From positions 32,001 to 96,000 of the forward strand of contig JAVVEA010000009.1 of assembly GCA_032250835.1 (NCBI GenBank): a DNA stretch of 64,000 bases, written 5' to 3'. Numbering within the stretch: position 1 is the first letter of the stretch; each line of letters opens with the position of its first letter. Shown one piece after another: positions 60,127 to 64,000 of the stretch. Position numbers and translations under genes: made by a program. This DNA is from a bacterium. GTDB taxonomy: Bacteria > SAR324 > XYD2-FULL-50-16. Below the pieces are notes generated by a model. That model ran no database searches. It worked only from the letters and a program-made list of their open reading frames with translations, and had not been told where the DNA came from.

Positions 60127-60417
60127 GTGAGTAGCAACAAGACCCGAGAATTTGAATATGTCACCTTGGTGGACAAACAATCGATTGTTACCTACCTCGA
60201 GACCCTGGCCGAAGGGTTTAAATCCGGCAACCTGACCCTCAAGAGCCCGGAATCCGAATTGCTGCTCGACCCCGACGGCCTCTTGAAGTTAGAGATCGCC
60301 GCTAAAAATAAATCGGGCCGCAGCAAGATCAGCATCAAGGTTTCCTGGAAAAACCAGCCCCGTGTGGAAATCAACAAAGACCGTCTGTCCCTTTCGGTTA
60401 GCCCCAAGGAAGACTAA
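60127..60417 (+). CDS. Amphi-Trp domain protein (GAK system)
   Basis: IVTYLETLAEGFKSGNLTL amphipathic helix, KISIKVSW. Confidence 0.88.
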   Translation: MSSNKTREFEYVTLVDKQSIVTYLETLAEGFKSGNLTLKSPESELLLDPDGLLKLEIAAKNKSGRSKISIKVSWKNQPRVEINKDRLSLSVSPKED

Positions 60418-60420
60418 ACC

Positions 60421-62061
60421 ATGACCATCCCAGCGACGATTGTCGACAACCTGCGGTTTATCTTGCTTGAGGTGACCCGCCAAGTCGAAGAGACCCAAAA
60501 GGCCTTGGACAGAGGCGGGGAAGAGGAACTGATCGCTAAGATCATCGCCCGTGATGACTATATCGACAGCTTGAAAACCTATGTGGAAAACAAGTGTTTT
60601 TCGCTGATCTATTCAAACTCGTCGGTCAAGATGAAGTCCGAGGCAGACCTGATCCGCGCCATCAACACCATCACCGGCAACTTAGAACGTATCGCGGACC
60701 ATTCGGTCAACATCGCCCGCCAGTTGCCCTACTTTGATGACCGGGATTTCATCAAGGCTTATGACTACAAGCACTTTTTTGATATCATCATCTTCAACCT
60801 CAAGCGGATCCACAAGGCGCTTTTTGACCATGACCTTTCCCTAGCCCGCAAGATCTGCGTTTCCGAATCGAAGCTGGACCGGGCCTATAAACGCTCCTTT
60901 GAGAAGGTCTTAAAAGAGCTGACCAAAGGCAAAGAGGTGGAAAATCTGCTCACCACCATCTTCATCTTGCGTTACCTAGAGCGCATCGGAGACTGCCTGC
61001 TCAACATCGGCGAGGCAATCATCTTCAGTATTGTGGGCGACAAGCTCAAACTCAAACAATTTGAGTTTTTAGAAGAAAGCCTCTTGAACGTTGACGAGCT
61101 GACCATCGAGGACATCAAATTTGAAGGGGTCTGGGGCACCCGCTCGGGCTGTCGGATCGGCCTGATCACCACGGCGACCTCCGAAGGGGACGAGCGGGAT
61201 TATGTCTTTAAAGAAGGCAGCCTACCTAAGATCGAAAAGGAAAAAGAAAAGATCGAGCTTTGGAACCACCACAAGCCCGGCGTGACCCCCAAAGTGCTAG
61301 ACTTTAAAATCAAAGGCGACCATGCCAGCCTGTTGGTTGAGTACTTGGACGGCGACACCATGCAGCACAACCTGCTGGAGTCCAACGACCAAAAACTCTT
61401 CGGCAGTTTGACCGCTTTAGAAGAAACCCTGGCAGTCATCTGGCGCAACACCCGGGACGACGAAAAAAAACCTAGCTGCGATTCGCTCAACCAACTTGAA
61501 AACCGGATCGACGAGGTTTTTAGGGTCCATCCCTCTTACTCCTTGCCCGAAGTAGAGATCGGCGGGCTTAAGATCGACAGCTTCAAGAGCCGGATCGACC
61601 GGCTACGCGATGCCACCAAAGGGACCGTGGCTCCCTTTGCCGTGTTGATCCACGGTGACTTTAACTTAGACAATATCTTTTACGACGAGCCCCAAGACCA
61701 AATCCGCTTCATCGACGTACACCGCTCGGGCTTCGGCGACTATGCCCAGGACGTGGCCGTCTTTTTGGCCAGCAACTTCCGCCAGAAGGTTTTTGAAGAA
61801 GGACTCCGCTTGCGCATCGAACAGGCGGCCCGGCATTTCTTGGATTTCGCCCGTCGTTTTGCCCAGGAACAAAATGATTTGGGCTTTGAAAAACGTTTGG
61901 GCCTGGGGTTGATCCGAGCCTTGACCACCTCGACCCGCTTTGAATTCCACCCTGAATTATCTGAGGCGTTATTCCAGCGCTCTCTTTATTTGATCGACCA
62001 GATGCTGGCCCCTGACGCGGAGCAAAACTTCCGCGTCCCCGACAGCCTCTTCAGTCTTTAG
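60421..62061 (+). CDS. PhoU-like domain fused to an APH-type phosphotransferase (GAK system)
   Basis: Two PhoU repeats (NLERIADH, YLERIGD), GTRSGC, HGDFNLDN, FIDVHRS. Confidence 0.85.
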   Translation: MTIPATIVDNLRFILLEVTRQVEETQKALDRGGEEELIAKIIARDDYIDSLKTYVENKCFSLIYSNSSVKMKSEADLIRAINTITGNLERIADHSVNIARQLPYFDDRDFIKAYDYKHFFDIIIFNLKRIHKALFDHDLSLARKICVSESKLDRAYKRSFEKVLKELTKGKEVENLLTTIFILRYLERIGDCLLNIGEAIIFSIVGDKLKLKQFEFLEESLLNVDELTIEDIKFEGVWGTRSGCRIGLITTATSEGDERDYVFKEGSLPKIEKEKEKIELWNHHKPGVTPKVLDFKIKGDHASLLVEYLDGDTMQHNLLESNDQKLFGSLTALEETLAVIWRNTRDDEKKPSCDSLNQLENRIDEVFRVHPSYSLPEVEIGGLKIDSFKSRIDRLRDATKGTVAPFAVLIHGDFNLDNIFYDEPQDQIRFIDVHRSGFGDYAQDVAVFLASNFRQKVFEEGLRLRIEQAARHFLDFARRFAQEQNDLGFEKRLGLGLIRALTTSTRFEFHPELSEALFQRSLYLIDQMLAPDAEQNFRVPDSLFSL

Positions 62062-62071
62062 GAGACCTAAT

Positions 62072-62959
62072 ATGAAAATCGCCGTCATCGGCATTCCCGG
62101 CAAATGGTCTTCAGTGGCCCTGGCCGAAGAGATAGAAAAACTGAGCGGTCCCTGCCCGGTGATCGACATGGGCGAGGTCCACTTAGATTTGGCCGGAGAA
62201 TCGCTTTGGTGGAAGGACCAAGACTTATGTACCTATGATGCCTTGGTGGTCAAAAAAATCAGCCAAATCTACTGCCCTGAGGTCTTAGACCGGATGGAGA
62301 TGCTGCGCTTTGCCGAGGCTAAGGGCGTGCGGATTTATTCGAGTGTTGCCGGCATGAGCCGCCTGATCGACCGCTTGAGCTGCACCGTCACCCTTAAGGC
62401 AGGCGGGATCGCCATGCCCGAAACCTTCATCACCGAATCTGTGGCCGAAGCGGCGGCGAAACTCGAAGAATACGGTAAGGCGGTATTCAAACCGCTTTTT
62501 ACCACCAAAGCGCGGGGCATGATTTTTTTAGAAGGCGGCGCGAGCGAAAACCTGGCGGCCATCGAAGCCTACCAAAAAGCGGGCAACCCGGTGATTTACA
62601 TGCAGCGTTTTGTCAAAGGACCGGGTCGGGATTTGGGCATCTCCTTTCTAGGCGGCAAGTACCTGGGCACCTACGCAAGGGTCGGCTCCGGCAATAGCTG
62701 GAACACCACCACCGCCAACGGGGGCCGCTACGCTCCCGACGATCCGCCCCAGGCCTGGATCGATCTGGCCCGCCGGGCCCAAGCGTTGTTTGACTTGGAT
62801 TTTACCTGCGTAGACCTGATGGAAACCGATGAGGGACCTCGGGTCTTTGAGGTATCCGCCTTCGGTGGCTTCAAGGGACTCCAAGAAGCCCAGGGCATCA
62901 ACGTCGCCGAATTATATGCAAGTTACATCCTAGAAACGCTGAACCAGAAAAAGGCATGA
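62072..62959 (+). CDS. GAK system RimK-like ATP-grasp enzyme
   Basis: VIGIPGKWSS, KPLFTTKARGM, SWNTT, FEVSAFGGF. Confidence 0.88.
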   Translation: MKIAVIGIPGKWSSVALAEEIEKLSGPCPVIDMGEVHLDLAGESLWWKDQDLCTYDALVVKKISQIYCPEVLDRMEMLRFAEAKGVRIYSSVAGMSRLIDRLSCTVTLKAGGIAMPETFITESVAEAAAKLEEYGKAVFKPLFTTKARGMIFLEGGASENLAAIEAYQKAGNPVIYMQRFVKGPGRDLGISFLGGKYLGTYARVGSGNSWNTTTANGGRYAPDDPPQAWIDLARRAQALFDLDFTCVDLMETDEGPRVFEVSAFGGFKGLQEAQGINVAELYASYILETLNQKKA

Positions 62960-64000
62960 TGAACCACGCACTTCCTAGTTTAAACGAACTCACCGAGTCG
63001 CTCTGCGACGGGGTGGACTTTAGCCATACCTTAGACCTCAACTTGGCCGGTTGCCAGCTGCAGGTAAAGACCAATTCGTTGTTGGTCGAATCCGGCCTGC
63101 GCCACTACTTCGCGCCTTTTGTGGTCGAGCCGGGCTCTACCGACATCACCGTGCTGGTGATCGACGGACCACCGTTGGAACTAGACCTACCCTACCGTCC
63201 CTGGGACCCTGAGCCCGGCAAGTCGCGGGTTAAAGAAGAGTTCGCCGAGTTGGCCGGGGGCCGGGCGGTCCGAAAGACCAAGACGGACATGAGCTTTTTC
63301 TTCGGCGGCGGGATCAACCTCGCCGTGGGCCGGGCCAAGGAAAATGACAACCAAGTGATCAACTTCGTCAACAACCGCTTCATTGAGAGGCTGCTCAACC
63401 AAGACTGCGTCTTGGGTCATGCGGCGGCGGTTTTAGTCAAAAACCGGGGCATCGCCTTTGCGGGCTTCTCGGGAATGGGCAAAAGCACCTTGGCGCTACA
63501 CCTCTTAAGCCAAGGGGCCGACTTTTTAAGCAACGACCGCCTGATGAGCCGGGGTAGCCAAGAGGGACCGATCATGTACGGAGTGCCCAAGCTGCCGCGC
63601 ATCAACCCCGGCACCGCACTTTCCAACCCCGACCTACGCCCGATTCTGAGCGTCAAAGAGATCGAGGAATTCAGCCATTTGGAACCCGACGACCTTTGGG
63701 AGCTGGAACACAAATACGACGTTTACCTAGACCGCTGTTTTTCCAAAACCCGCTTTGTCCTGCAAGGCTGGATGGATATGTTGGTGATCCTTAACTGGCA
63801 ACGTAGCGACGAGCCCATCCAGGTGACCCAAGTGGACTTAAACGAGCGGCGCGACCTGCTCAAAGCCTTTTGCAAATCTCCGGGAGCCTTTTTCCTCCCC
63901 GAAGACCCCGCCAACCCGCCGGACCTTTCCGAGGAACGTTACCTCAAGGAATTGGAGCGCGTGCGGGTCTATGAGATCAGCGGCGGCGTGGATTTTAAGG
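62956..64000 (+). CDS. HprK-related kinase B (GAK system), 3'-truncated by window edge
   Basis: Manual translation from the ATGA overlap: NQVINFVNNRF, GHAAAV, Walker A GFSGMGKST, SNDR, GVPKLPRINPGT. Confidence 0.88.
   Translation, partial: MMNHALPSLNELTESLCDGVDFSHTLDLNLAGCQLQVKTNSLLVESGLRHYFAPFVVEPGSTDITVLVIDGPPLELDLPYRPWDPEPGKSRVKEEFAELAGGRAVRKTKTDMSFFFGGGINLAVGRAKENDNQVINFVNNRFIERLLNQDCVLGHAAAVLVKNRGIAFAGFSGMGKSTLALHLLSQGADFLSNDRLMSRGSQEGPIMYGVPKLPRINPGTALSNPDLRPILSVKEIEEFSHLEPDDLWELEHKYDVYLDRCFSKTRFVLQGWMDMLVILNWQRSDEPIQVTQVDLNERRDLLKAFCKSPGAFFLPEDPANPPDLSEERYLKELERVRVYEISGGVDFK

Overview
Bacterial chromosomal window, GC-rich core with short AT-richer patches; gene content suggests a delta/SAR324-like proteobacterium, but this is tentative. 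1.2-13.2 kb is a sigma54-driven operon for an O2-tolerant group 1d membrane-bound [NiFe]-hydrogenase (hupE-hypA-hypB-small-large-cytochrome b-protease-hypF-hypC-hypE-split hypX-hypD). 17.3-25.3 kb holds the H2-sensing circuit (HoxA/HupR, group 2b sensory hydrogenase, HoxJ/HupT). The rest comprises a porin/FMN-binding operon, signalling kinases, an SBP-pLGIC-like-MscS fusion with a Kelch partner, an RND pump and the start of a GAK operon. Three type II toxin-antitoxin pairs (BrnTA, HicAB, HigBA) each sit beside an orphan gene. The most striking unexplained signal is a dispersed 24-26 bp imperfect palindrome (consensus about AAATCCGGKGACAGYATACCTATTT). It has at least 9 copies, seen only in these accessory patches, and brackets cargo genes as inverted pairs with no recombinase in the window. 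It co-occurs with covarying structured non-coding modules and a 122-bp duplicate of the sensory-hydrogenase 3' end. No rRNA, tRNA, CRISPR array, integrase or transposase was recognised.
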